Source: an uncultured bacterium (GTDB lineage: Bacteria > Chloroflexota > UBA5177 > JANWHV01). From it: a stretch of DNA of 64,000 nucleotides. Both the position numbers and the translations under genes were made by a program. Shown one piece after another: positions 52,609 through 62,135 of the stretch. Where the stretch lies: NCBI GenBank assembly GCA_963729625.1, contig CAVSOU010000010.1, positions 1,120,001 to 1,184,000 on the forward strand, read 5' to 3'. Each line of letters opens with the position of its first letter. Within the stretch, counting starts at the first letter, position 1. Below the pieces are notes generated by a model. The model was given only the letters and a program-made list of their open reading frames with translations, did no database searches and had not been told where the DNA came from.

Positions 52609-53625
52609 TTACAACTCGATCGTCCTTCGCTGGCCGGTAGCGGCCGAGCCGATGGCGGCGAACACCATGGCCAGGCTCTTGATATTGTCGTGGCACTCGC
52701 CCATGGGCGTCTCGCCGGTCTCGAGTGCGTGCAAGAATTCGCGCAACGATCCGGCTATACCGGGCGCGACTGTCCGATCGGCCGCACCTTCTATACTGCT
52801 CGTGCGCGACATGAACCCATCGGCCGACGTCACCACGTCTGCCTCAACGCGGTCGATGCCGTCCCACGTCGCCGTCCCGTGAGTCCCGGTGGCGCGCCAC
52901 TCGCCTTCCCACGAGGTCGGATGCCCTTCGCTGCACCAACTCCCCCGATAGGTATAGCGCAGGCCGCCCGTCATCTCGAACATGGCGGTGGCACATGCGT
53001 TGCCACGATACCAGCTCCACGGCGGATTGAACTCCTCGCAGTACACTGACACCGGATCGGCGCCTGAGAGATAGCGCGCCGCGTCAAAGGTATGGATCGC
53101 CATATCCAGCAAGAGCGGGCTGGCCATCTGGTCCCGGAATCCACCGAAGTGCGGGCCCAGGTAGAAGTCGGAATTGATGATGCCGAGCGGTCCAACGTGG
53201 TCGACGATCAGGCGGCGGAGGGCCTGAATGCCCGCGTGGTACCGACGGCTCTGGCTGACCATGTACAGAACACCGGCACGCTCCGCGGCGTCGACCATGG
53301 CCCGTGCCCGCTCCATGGTGTCGGCCATCGGCTTCTCTCCGAGCACCGGCAGCCGGTGGCGCAGCGCCATGAGCGTGACCTCATGGTGCGCCTCCGGCAC
53401 GGTCACATCGACGACAAAATCCGGCCGCGCTGCGGCTATGGCTTCCTTCAGATCCACGCCAACAAAGACGTCGGTAAGCGCCAGCTCCGCCACCGCCTCG
53501 GCCGCCGCGCCGGCGCGCAGGTCAACCCAACCGGCAATCGTCAGGTCGTCGCAAGCGGAGAGGTTCCGGCCCCACGACCGGCCCATGCCGCCCGCACCGA
53601 CCAGCAGGGCCTTGCGCCGTTGCAT
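52609..53625 (-). CDS. Gfo/Idh/MocA family oxidoreductase
   Basis: VGAGGMG, EKPMA, DMAIHTFD. Confidence 0.95.
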   Translation of the reverse strand: MQRRKALLVGAGGMGRSWGRNLSACDDLTIAGWVDLRAGAAAEAVAELALTDVFVGVDLKEAIAAARPDFVVDVTVPEAHHEVTLMALRHRLPVLGEKPMADTMERARAMVDAAERAGVLYMVSQSRRYHAGIQALRRLIVDHVGPLGIINSDFYLGPHFGGFRDQMASPLLLDMAIHTFDAARYLSGADPVSVYCEEFNPPWSWYRGNACATAMFEMTGGLRYTYRGSWCSEGHPTSWEGEWRATGTHGTATWDGIDRVEADVVTSADGFMSRTSSIEGAADRTVAPGIAGSLREFLHALETGETPMGECHDNIKSLAMVFAAIGSAATGQRRTIEL

Positions 53626-53649
53626 TCTCCGCTCTCCCGGCCCTGAGAT

Positions 53650-54399
53650 CTATTCTGCCGCCAGCGGGCGATACCAGATGTTGCGATAGCGCACCGGGTC
53701 GCGGTGGTCCTGGAGCCGAAGCGGCGCCGTTTGCGCATGTGGCGTGTAGGGTAACACGGAGCGGTGCGACGTGGGGCCGGTCAGCGCCTGGTGGTTCTGT
53801 ACCAACACGCCATTGTGCAGGACGGTCACGTAGGCAGGCGAGAGCAGCCGCTCGCCCGCGAACCGCGGTCCAGTCCAGATGATGTCGTAAGTTTGCCATT
53901 CGCCCGGCTTTCGGCAGGCGTTAACCAGTGGCGGATACTCGCCGTAAATTGCTGCCGTGGTGCCGTCGGCGTAGGTTGGGTTGTCGTAGCAGTCAAGCAC
54001 CTGGATCTCGTACAGGCTCATGAGGAAGACGCCGCTGTTGCCACGACCCTGGCTGGCGCCTTCGACCAGCATGGGCGCCGCCCACTCGACGTGCAGCTGG
54101 CAGTCTCCGAAGTGCTCGCGCGACTCGATATCTCCCGTGCCCGGTACGACTGCGATGTAGCCGTCGTCCACCTTCCACCGTGCCTCCCCGCCGTCCAGCC
54201 CTACCCAGCCAGAGAGATCCACGCCAGAGAACAGCGTCTTCGCATCCGAGGGCGGCCGGCCGGGCATGTGCTGTGTGCTCTCCGTGCCGGAAGCTATCAC
54301 CCGTGGCTGCGGACGTCTGCTGTCGTGCACCTTGTACTGCGAGCCAGGGATCAGCGGCGTGTCGTCATAGCCAAGCGGGGCCTGCGGTTCAACTGTCAT
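53650..54399 (-). CDS. DUF1080 (3-keto-disaccharide hydrolase/hydratase) protein
   Basis: LF.G.DLSGW, FGDCQLHVEW, GNSGVF, YEIQVLD, GEWQTYDI, LQDH..PVRYRNIW. Confidence 0.92.
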   Translation of the reverse strand: MTVEPQAPLGYDDTPLIPGSQYKVHDSRRPQPRVIASGTESTQHMPGRPPSDAKTLFSGVDLSGWVGLDGGEARWKVDDGYIAVVPGTGDIESREHFGDCQLHVEWAAPMLVEGASQGRGNSGVFLMSLYEIQVLDCYDNPTYADGTTAAIYGEYPPLVNACRKPGEWQTYDIIWTGPRFAGERLLSPAYVTVLHNGVLVQNHQALTGPTSHRSVLPYTPHAQTAPLRLQDHRDPVRYRNIWYRPLAAE

Positions 54400-54454
54400 G
54401 TGCGTCCGCCTCGTCGTCCTAAACGGTTCCAGACTGGAACGCCTCTCAATCTGG

Positions 54455-55810
54455 TCATATTGCTTGTTCCTTGGCTAACCTGATCATGGCAGCCAGGCTC
54501 CTGTCCACGTCCTCCTCGGTTGTGGCAGCAGAGGATACGCTGATTCGCATCGCGGTGTGCCCCTGCCAAACCGTGCCGCCGCACCAACAGGTTCCGTCGT
54601 CCTGCAACGCCGCAATCACCCGGCGCGTCGCTTCCGGGCCCCCGAACGACACAAGCACTTGGTTCAGCACCACGTCGTTGAGCACGTGATAGCCCGCCGC
54701 GTGCAGGCCCTCGGCGAAGCGCGTCGCATACCGGCAGGTCCGCTCGACCAGGTCGGCTACGCCGGACCGGCCGAGTTCGCGCAGCGCCGCCCAGAGCTCG
54801 ATACCTCTGGCCCTGCGCGACATCTCGGGTACGAAGTGCCACGGCTCGCGCCGCCCAGCGTCCACGAGGTAGGCAGCCACGCTCGTCGACATCGCAGCGC
54901 GCAGGTGCGCCGGTTCTCGTACAAACGCGAGCCCGCAGTCGTACGGCGTGTTCAGCCATTTGTGCGCGTCAGTACTCCACGAGTCAGCGGAAGCCAAGCC
55001 TCTCGCCAGGTGGGCGCGCGCGGGCGCCGCTGCCGCCCACAGACCGAAGGCGCCATCAACGTGGAGCCAAGCGTCGGCGTCGCGGACACTGGCCCCGATC
55101 TCTTCGATGGGATCGAACGCGCCGGAGTTCACATTGCCGGCCTGAACGCAGACAATGGTCGGGCCTGCCAACGGCGGCAGGGCGTCCGCGATCATGCGCC
55201 CTTGGCCGTCGACGGGCACGCGTGTGAGCCGGTCCCGCCCAAATCCCAGCAGTGTCAGGGCCTTCAGCACGCTGACATGCACTTCATCGCCCACGATCAC
55301 GGTGATCGGCGGCGCGCCGAACAGCCCGTTCGACTCCACATCCCAGCCCAACCTTGCCAGCACGGCATGGCGCGCCGCCGCCAGGCCAGAGAAATTGGCC
55401 ATGGTCGCGCCGCTCACCACGCCGCACCCGCAGCCGCCGGGCAGGCCGAGCAGGTCGACCAACCAGCTCGTTACGATGTCCTCCAGTCGCGCGGCGACCG
55501 GCGAGGACGCGATCATGCCGGCATTCTGGTCCCAGGCCCCTGCTAGCCAGTTGGCCGCCAATGCGCCTGGAAGTGAGCCACCGATCACGAAGCCGAAGTA
55601 GCGCCCGCCGTCAGTGGCAACCGTCGCCGGCGTGCCCAGGTCGTCGAGCAACGCCAGGACTTCGGATGGGTCCGTAGGGGTGTCGGGCAGCGGACCAACC
55701 AGGGCGTCGAGCGCGGCGACCGCGTCCGCGGTGGGGGCTACACGGCGCTCGGCGAGCGAGCGTCGATAGGCGATTGCACGCTCCGCGGCATCGCGGAGGA
55801 GCTTGTCCAT
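54455..55810 (-). CDS. Group II PLP-dependent decarboxylase
   Basis: RYFGFV, HVSV.KA, WLHVDGAFG, TDAHKWL. Confidence 0.93.
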   Translation of the reverse strand: MDKLLRDAAERAIAYRRSLAERRVAPTADAVAALDALVGPLPDTPTDPSEVLALLDDLGTPATVATDGGRYFGFVIGGSLPGALAANWLAGAWDQNAGMIASSPVAARLEDIVTSWLVDLLGLPGGCGCGVVSGATMANFSGLAAARHAVLARLGWDVESNGLFGAPPITVIVGDEVHVSVLKALTLLGFGRDRLTRVPVDGQGRMIADALPPLAGPTIVCVQAGNVNSGAFDPIEEIGASVRDADAWLHVDGAFGLWAAAAPARAHLARGLASADSWSTDAHKWLNTPYDCGLAFVREPAHLRAAMSTSVAAYLVDAGRREPWHFVPEMSRRARGIELWAALRELGRSGVADLVERTCRYATRFAEGLHAAGYHVLNDVVLNQVLVSFGGPEATRRVIAALQDDGTCWCGGTVWQGHTAMRISVSSAATTEEDVDRSLAAMIRLAKEQAI

Positions 55811-55826
55811 GGTCTACCTCCAGAGC

Positions 55827-57092
55827 TCACGCTACAGGGAGTACCCTGTGCTGCTTACGGTATTCGTGCGGCGACACGCTGTGCGCGCGTTTGAAGATCG
55901 TATAGAAGTGGTTCAGGCTACCGAAGCCCACGCCGTAGGCAATGCCCTCGACGGTGCGATCGGTGGTCGCGAGTAGCTGTGTAGCAGCCTGCAATCGCAT
56001 GTCGCTTATCAGGTCGGTAAATCGCCTGCCGAACACCTGTGTGAAAAGGTGTGAGAAGTAGTGTGGGTCCAGCCCGATGAGCTTGGCTGCCTCGCGCGCG
56101 CTCAGGTCCCCTCGGTAATTGTCCTCCACGTACCGCACCACCGATGCCCATCGCTCCGCCGTGACGGTGACGTGGGCGGACGACTGGCGGATTACCAGAG
56201 TCGGGGCTACCAGCACGCGGCGCGCTGGCGCGTCGGAATCGCCATGTATCCGCTGGATAAGCATTTCCACCGCTACATGGCCCAGATGCCGGAGATCTGT
56301 ACGCACGGTTGTCAGTGGGACACCTGTGAGGCTGTGAACCGGCTCATCGTCGAAGCCGACGATGGCGAGATCATCGGGGACGCATAGCCCCAACTCCCGA
56401 GCGCATTCAACGACCTCGCTCGCCAGCCAGTCCGCGCAGACGAACAGTGCGCGTGGCAGGTGCGGCTGGCTGAGATAGCGCAAGATCTCGGGTATTCTCA
56501 TGGCGCGATTGGGCTCGGTCAGCCCGTATTGCAGCTCGAGCGACCATTCAGCGACCGGGGCAAGATTGATTTCTCGCAGAGCGTCGACGTAACCACGGCG
56601 GCGTTCGTACACGCACTCCATCCCGGTCCGCAGTGTGACGTGTCCTATCTGTCGATGCCCAAGGTTAATCAGGTGTCGCATGCCGAGCAAGGCACCCGCA
56701 TAGTCGTCGATGCCAACAAAGTCGAGGCCCGAGATCGGCTTCTGGTCGAGGACCTGAACGCAGGGTGCGCTGCGCACCAGCTGCTCATAAAGCTGCAGAT
56801 TTTCGGGAGCGTGGTCCCAGAGGAAGACAACTCCGGCTACATCGGCTTGCTGAATCGACTGCAGGAGTGACTGCTCGCGCGCTACCGACCGGTGAAAATC
56901 CAGGCTGACAAGGCGGAACCCGCGCGTCGCGGCGGCGGCACTCGCGCTTATGGCAAATTCCGCTGCCTGCCAGTGGACGAGATCCTGTGCCACCAGTGCG
57001 ATAGACTTCTCACGATAGCGTCGCAGGACAGAAACCAGGCCAGCCGGTGCAGCAACTATGTGATGAGGGTCGGGCAAAGCTAGTGGCGTCAA
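55827..57092 (-). CDS. XylR-like regulator: LacI-type sugar-binding domain plus C-terminal AraC HTH
   Basis: HL..LGH..I, VPDDLAIVGFDD, IA..VGF...HF...FK.....SP..YR. Confidence 0.88.
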   Translation of the reverse strand: MTPLALPDPHHIVAAPAGLVSVLRRYREKSIALVAQDLVHWQAAEFAISASAAAATRGFRLVSLDFHRSVAREQSLLQSIQQADVAGVVFLWDHAPENLQLYEQLVRSAPCVQVLDQKPISGLDFVGIDDYAGALLGMRHLINLGHRQIGHVTLRTGMECVYERRRGYVDALREINLAPVAEWSLELQYGLTEPNRAMRIPEILRYLSQPHLPRALFVCADWLASEVVECARELGLCVPDDLAIVGFDDEPVHSLTGVPLTTVRTDLRHLGHVAVEMLIQRIHGDSDAPARRVLVAPTLVIRQSSAHVTVTAERWASVVRYVEDNYRGDLSAREAAKLIGLDPHYFSHLFTQVFGRRFTDLISDMRLQAATQLLATTDRTVEGIAYGVGFGSLNHFYTIFKRAHSVSPHEYRKQHRVLPVA

Positions 57093-57241
57093 TCAGCCAA
57101 CCTCCATCGACTGTCACCACCTGGGGCTGCGAGCCCATGGAATATCTGCCAGCCCGATCCCGTCCTTATGTCACGTAGGTAGACTGCCAATATTCGCCTC
57201 GTGACATATCATATATCATATTTCCGCGCCACCAGGCTCCT

Positions 57242-57270
57242 ATGTTAAGGCACGCCCGCGCCCGTGTCAA
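57242..57270 (-). promoter_or_regulatory. Putative promoter of the AraC-type regulator
   Basis: TTGACA-17-TAACAT on the minus strand. Confidence 0.55.
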
Positions 57271-57423
57271 GGCGCTCCCTATCGCCCTATCGCCGCGTGT
57301 CCGTCAGATTTCCGGTGGATCCGTCGGTGGGGACGGACGCTCGCCCTTGAGACCCCGGGATTGATTCCGGGAAGAATCACGGCTCGCCCGGTGTGGGCTT
57401 CGGTCCGGAGCTTGGCGATGCTG

Positions 57424-57455
57424 TGATGCTCCCCGCGTTGAAACGCGGGGCATCA
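57424..57455. repeat. GC-rich palindrome (REP-like hairpin)
   Basis: TGATG-CT-CCCCGCGTT-GA-AACGCGGGG-CATCA. Confidence 0.6.
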
Positions 57456-57806
57456 TAGCGTCCCGCCCCGCACGTGCTGCATGTGGGTTTCGTCGTGGTC
57501 TCTGTTTAGGGTGCCGGGCAGATATCTTGACCTCTGCCACACTGGGGCGACCCTCCGAGCCACGTGATGTCCGGGGATTCCTCCTAGGGGAGACTCGTGG
57601 CTAAGGCTGCGCCTGTGCGGAGTTCAGCCCGCGTTCCGCCAGGCCAGGTTATCACGCCTATGCAGTGTCCTGCACATCAGAGACCGCGGCGCCCCATTGG
57701 GGTGGCGAGACATCGGAGCCTGTTGCCGGGCCTGGCGACGCGGCCAGGCTCAGGCGACGAGAAGCTCGTGCAGCATTCTCATCACAACAGTCCGTGGCGT
57801 CACGCG

Positions 57807-58664
57807 CTACGCGCCTATCGCCGAGGCCACCCGCGCTGTCGCGCGCGCGGTGGACTGCAGGATCCGCTCCTCGCTCCCCTCGGACTTGTCGAACTCGTCC
57901 ACGATCGTGCCGTGGCTCAACACCAGGCAGCGATCACAGATGCCGACAAGCTCGGGTAGCTCCGAGGAGACCACCACTATGGCCACGCCCTGATCGGCCA
58001 GGTCGTGGATCAAGCGGTAGATCTCGCGTTTGGTGCCGACATCCACGCCCTTGGTCGGCTCGTCCATGAGCAGAATGGCAGGCGTGCGCACGAGCACGCG
58101 GGCGAGAAGCGCCTTCTGCTGGTTGCCACCGCTGAGATGCGCGACATCGGACCGTATGGACGGCGCCTTTATCGCCAGCGTCTGCATGCTCTTCCGGGCA
58201 ACCAGATTCTCTTCCCGGCGATCGATGACACTGTATCGGGCGAACAGCGGCAGGCTACCCATGGTGATGTTCGGACCAAGTAACAAGTTGAACAACAGGC
58301 CGGCGTTCTTCCGGTCCTCCGTCAGCATGGCGATGCCGGCCTTGAGCGCGTCTGCCGGACGCCGGATCGCGACTTCTTGCCCATGCACCCGGACACGCCC
58401 TTCATGCGGAATTCGGCCGAAGATCGCGCTCAGTACCTCGGTCCGACCCGCCCCAACCAACCCAGCGAGGCCAACAACTTCGCCGCGACGCAGGCTGAAG
58501 CTTGCGTCTGAAATGATGTCCGTGCCGCCGCCGGCACGAGGCACGCGCAGGTGTTCCACGCGCAGAACTTCATCGGTGCCGATCTCGCCTTTGCGCTCCG
58601 GATACATCGTGTCGATACGGCGTCCAACCATTGCCGCAACAATAGCGTTTTCGTCGAAGTCGGC
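57807..58664 (-). pseudogene. Sugar ABC transporter ATPase (RbsA/XylG-like), C-terminal half only
   Basis: MVGR linker, GLVGAGRTE, EDRK, LSGGNQQK, DEPTKGVDVG, SSELPEL; the first ATPase domain is absent. Confidence 0.85.
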
Positions 58665-59494
58665 ACACCGAACAGGCTCACGCCGCCCACGACCACACCC
58701 GCGATGCAGTTCAGCTCCCAGCCCACGCCAATAGAGGTTGTGGCGCTCGCCAGGCTCGCCATCACCAGCATGCCGGCTACCGCCGAGAGGACGCCGGTGT
58801 TGACGAAGCAGATCAGTTTGTATCGGTTCGTATTGATGCCGACGAGGCGTGCTACTTCCTTGTTGCCACCTGTCGCGTAGAGATTCCGTCCGATGGTGGT
58901 ACGCCGCAGCATCAGGTCGCCACCGACAAGCAGAACGAGCAGAATGAAGAACGACCAGCCGATCCCCCACACGAAGGAAGCCGCGCCGAAGTTTCCCACC
59001 GAATCTGGAATCGGATAGATTGGGTAGCCGTTTGTGACCACTTGCGTCAGACCCGCGGCCACGAACAGCATGCCGAGCGTGGCGATGAAAGCGGGGATGC
59101 CGAAGCGTACGACAACCGTACCGTTGACAAAGCCCAGTGCCGCTCCGGTAGCAACCCCTCCCAACAAGGCCAGAGGTACCGGCACATGGCCGCTGGTCAT
59201 CAACCACCCAGACACCACGGCGCAGAGACCGGAAACCGAGCCTACCGACAGGTCGAACTCACCGGCGACGAGGAGAATCGTCTGGCCAACGCCGATGATC
59301 CCTATATATGAGACGGCGATGAGCATCGCGCGAATATTCATCTCCGACAAGAAGCCCTGATTCAGGATGTCGAAGACGGCGATCAACAGCACGAGCGCGA
59401 GAACCACGCCTGCTTCGCCGCCGGCCAGCAATGCCAGAGCGGCCGGGCCAAGGCGCCGGCCATCTTTGCGGCCGGCCAATGAACCTATTTGCAC
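58665..59494 (-). pseudogene. Sugar ABC transporter permease (RbsC-like), 3'-truncated
   Basis: GEFDLSVG, IPAFIATLG, GRNLYATGGN..ARL.GI, ELNCIAGVVVGGVSLFG, then homology is lost abruptly. Confidence 0.85.
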
Positions 59495-59773
59495 TATCAA
59501 CTCCCGCTGTTCAGCACGTACGAGCGGCACCGCGCCCGACACCGATTACCTGGGTCCGGTCCAACTCGGGAGGTCGGTTCACCACCATGCGCTGCGCACA
59601 GATCGGACCACTCATCAACCTTGCACACCTATGTTTGGCTAGAAGCACACTAACACCCGGACCCGCGGTGAGCAATGCGGAAAAGTTTGGGGCTTCTCCT
59701 CATCGGGTAGTGTGTCGGCCCATCGTGCCGGGTGTGGCTCACGTCGATTGCGACTGCTTGCATGGCAGCACAC

Positions 59774-60571
59774 CTAGCTCATGCCTTCGATTGACTTGTC
59801 GTGCAGCTGCAGCGGCAGCGTCAATCCACCGTCCACGAATATGACCTGACCGGTGATGTACGTCGCGCGATCTGAGGCAAGAAACAGCGCCAGGTTTGCA
59901 ATATCCTCCGGAGTGCCGACACGGCCGAGAGGAATCTGCTTGCCGAGCTCACGCGGGTCGTAGAGCTGTGCCTCTTTGTGGCGTTCGACGTAGGTCGCTC
60001 CGGGAGCGATCGCGTTTACACGGATCTGGTAGCGAGCCAGCTCGAACGCCAGCGATCGCGTCAAGTTGTTGATGGCTCCTTTGCTTGATGCATAGTGCAT
60101 ATGCCCCGGATAGATATGGTTGCTATGGACTGAGCTCATCAAGACTATGCTGCCGCCTGAGTGGCTCGACCGCAAGTACGACGCCACTCGGCGAGCACAA
60201 AAAAACATGCCCTTGAGGTTTATGTCGAGCGTCTTGTCCCACTGTTCTTCCGTAAGCTCGAACAGCGGATGCGGATCGGTAATTCCAGAGTTGTAGACCA
60301 GGCTGCTGATCGGGCCAAGTGTGTGGACCGCGGCATCGACGAACGCCTCTATGTCCGGAACGCTGCGGCTATCCACCTGTCGCAGCAGGCAACGGCGTCC
60401 CACTGCTTCGGCCTGCACGGCGATTGCGCGCGCCCCCGCTTCGCTGGTGTGATAGCCGAGTGCAAGGTCTATCCCGGCCTCGAGAAACGCCCGAGCGACC
60501 CCTGCACCGATGCCTGTTCCCGCCCCCATCACGAGGGCAGCTCCGTCAGGTGTAGTCAAAGTATTCAGCAC
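59774..60571 (-). CDS. SDR family oxidoreductase (paralog of 33226-33999)
   Basis: GAGTGIG, YNSGITDP.PLFELTEE.WD.TLDINLK, YASSK. Confidence 0.93.
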   Translation of the reverse strand: MLNTLTTPDGAALVMGAGTGIGAGVARAFLEAGIDLALGYHTSEAGARAIAVQAEAVGRRCLLRQVDSRSVPDIEAFVDAAVHTLGPISSLVYNSGITDPHPLFELTEEQWDKTLDINLKGMFFCARRVASYLRSSHSGGSIVLMSSVHSNHIYPGHMHYASSKGAINNLTRSLAFELARYQIRVNAIAPGATYVERHKEAQLYDPRELGKQIPLGRVGTPEDIANLALFLASDRATYITGQVIFVDGGLTLPLQLHDKSIEGMS

Positions 60572-60897
60572 CTTTCTACCTACCTTCGGTCCCCCTTGGG
60601 CTTGGTCTTATCATACGCAGCGATGCCCGGGGAGTCTGGATCGCCTGAAGCTCGGCAACTGTGTTTAGGTCGGAACTCGATTGCGCTGCGACGAGCCTAC
60701 ACTTCTCGGAGGTCCGTGCCAATGCGGAAAGGTTTGCAATTCCTCCTTTCCGGGTGGACCAGGCATCAGCTGGACACACCACGCAGGAAGTCTCCCGCAC
60801 TTTTGCGCATACCGGCGCGTTGACGCTGGTGATATGCTGCTCGCGATCTGTGAACAGCAGCGCACGGCAAGTGTTCGCAACCCAAAGGAGGCCACTG

Positions 60898-62127
60898 ATG
60901 GATTCACGAAGCCGTGTAGTAACGGCGCTCAACCACCAAGAACCCGACAGGGTTCCGATCGACCTGGCCGGGCATCGGTCGTCTGGAATCGCCGCCATCG
61001 CCTATGCAAAGCTTCGCGAGTACCTCGGCCTGCCAAAGAAAGCAATCCGCGTATTCGACATTATTCAGCAGCTGGCCGTGATCGACGACGATGTCCGTGA
61101 GCGTTTCGGCGTCGACACTATCGAGCTTGGCCGGGGCTTTGCGCTGGACCGGGACCATTGGGTCGATTGGGTGTTGCCGGATGGCACTCCCTGCCAGGTG
61201 TTGGCGTGGGCCCTGCCCGAGCGCGCACAAGACCGATGGATCTTGCGTTCGCGGACCGGGAGGCCTATCGGAGAGATGCCGGAGGGGTCACTGTACTTCG
61301 AGGCCTCGTACTATCCCTTTGCGTCCGGCGAGCCTGACTTCGAATCACTGGAAGCCGTCATGCCGGAATGCATGTGGGCGTTGCCCACTCCGCCCGGACC
61401 TGAGGTCGAGGGTCCAGGGGGCGACGAGCGACTTGCGGCAGGCGCTCGCCGGTTGCGCTTGAGCTCGAATCGGGCGCTAATTGGTCTGTTCCGAGGCAAT
61501 CTCATGGAGTGGGGTTGGCGTCTGTACCGGATCGACAATTTCCTCATGTTGTTGGCCACCGAACCTGCCAAAGTGCATGACCTCCTCGAGCGGCTCACCG
61601 AGCTGCATATGGCTGCGCTCGACCAATACCTCAAGGTGGTCGGACCATACATAGACGTGATAGCGTTTGGCGACGACCTTGGCATGCAGACGGGTCCCCA
61701 GATTTCGCCGCGCATGTATCGGGAGTTCTTCAAGCCCCGGCATGCACGACTGTGGAAGCGTGTTAAGGAGCTGGCAGACGTCAAAGTCATGCTGCACTGC
61801 TGTGGCGGCATTAGGCCCCTCCTGCCAGATCTCATCGACGCAGGACTTGACGCCGTTAATCCCGTCCAGATTAGCTGCCACGGGATGGACGCGGCTGGAC
61901 TGAAGAGGGACTTCGGACGCGACCTCTCGTTATGGGGTGGCGGCTGTGATACGCAGTGGCTGCTCGCGCACGGCACGCCGTCAGAGATTCGAGATCACGT
62001 CAGGAGACAGGTCGACATCCTGCAGCCGGGCGGGGGATTCGTCTTCCAGCAGGTGCACAACATCCAGGCAGATGTGCCGCCGCAGAACATCGTCGCGATG
62101 CTCGACGCCGCGCGCGGCATCGCCTAG
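60898..62127 (+). CDS. URO-D/MtaA family protein (#8)
   Basis: MDSRSRVVTALNHQEPDRVPID, DDLGMQ, HCCG, NPVQ, WGGGCDTQ, FQQVHNIQ; AGGAGG RBS. Confidence 0.92.
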   Translation: MDSRSRVVTALNHQEPDRVPIDLAGHRSSGIAAIAYAKLREYLGLPKKAIRVFDIIQQLAVIDDDVRERFGVDTIELGRGFALDRDHWVDWVLPDGTPCQVLAWALPERAQDRWILRSRTGRPIGEMPEGSLYFEASYYPFASGEPDFESLEAVMPECMWALPTPPGPEVEGPGGDERLAAGARRLRLSSNRALIGLFRGNLMEWGWRLYRIDNFLMLLATEPAKVHDLLERLTELHMAALDQYLKVVGPYIDVIAFGDDLGMQTGPQISPRMYREFFKPRHARLWKRVKELADVKVMLHCCGGIRPLLPDLIDAGLDAVNPVQISCHGMDAAGLKRDFGRDLSLWGGGCDTQWLLAHGTPSEIRDHVRRQVDILQPGGGFVFQQVHNIQADVPPQNIVAMLDAARGIA

Positions 62128-62135
62128 GTGGAAGA

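Noticed and set aside
57520-57700. tnpB 3' end / omegaRNA remnant (GGAATCCCC...GTCAA on the minus strand)
   Set aside because: The hairpin does not close properly and no convincing RuvC or Zn-finger residues were found.
57807-59207. 466-aa ORF as an intact ATPase, or the 370-aa ORF (58430-59542) as an intact permease
   Set aside because: Each is partly out-of-frame read-through across the deletion junction.
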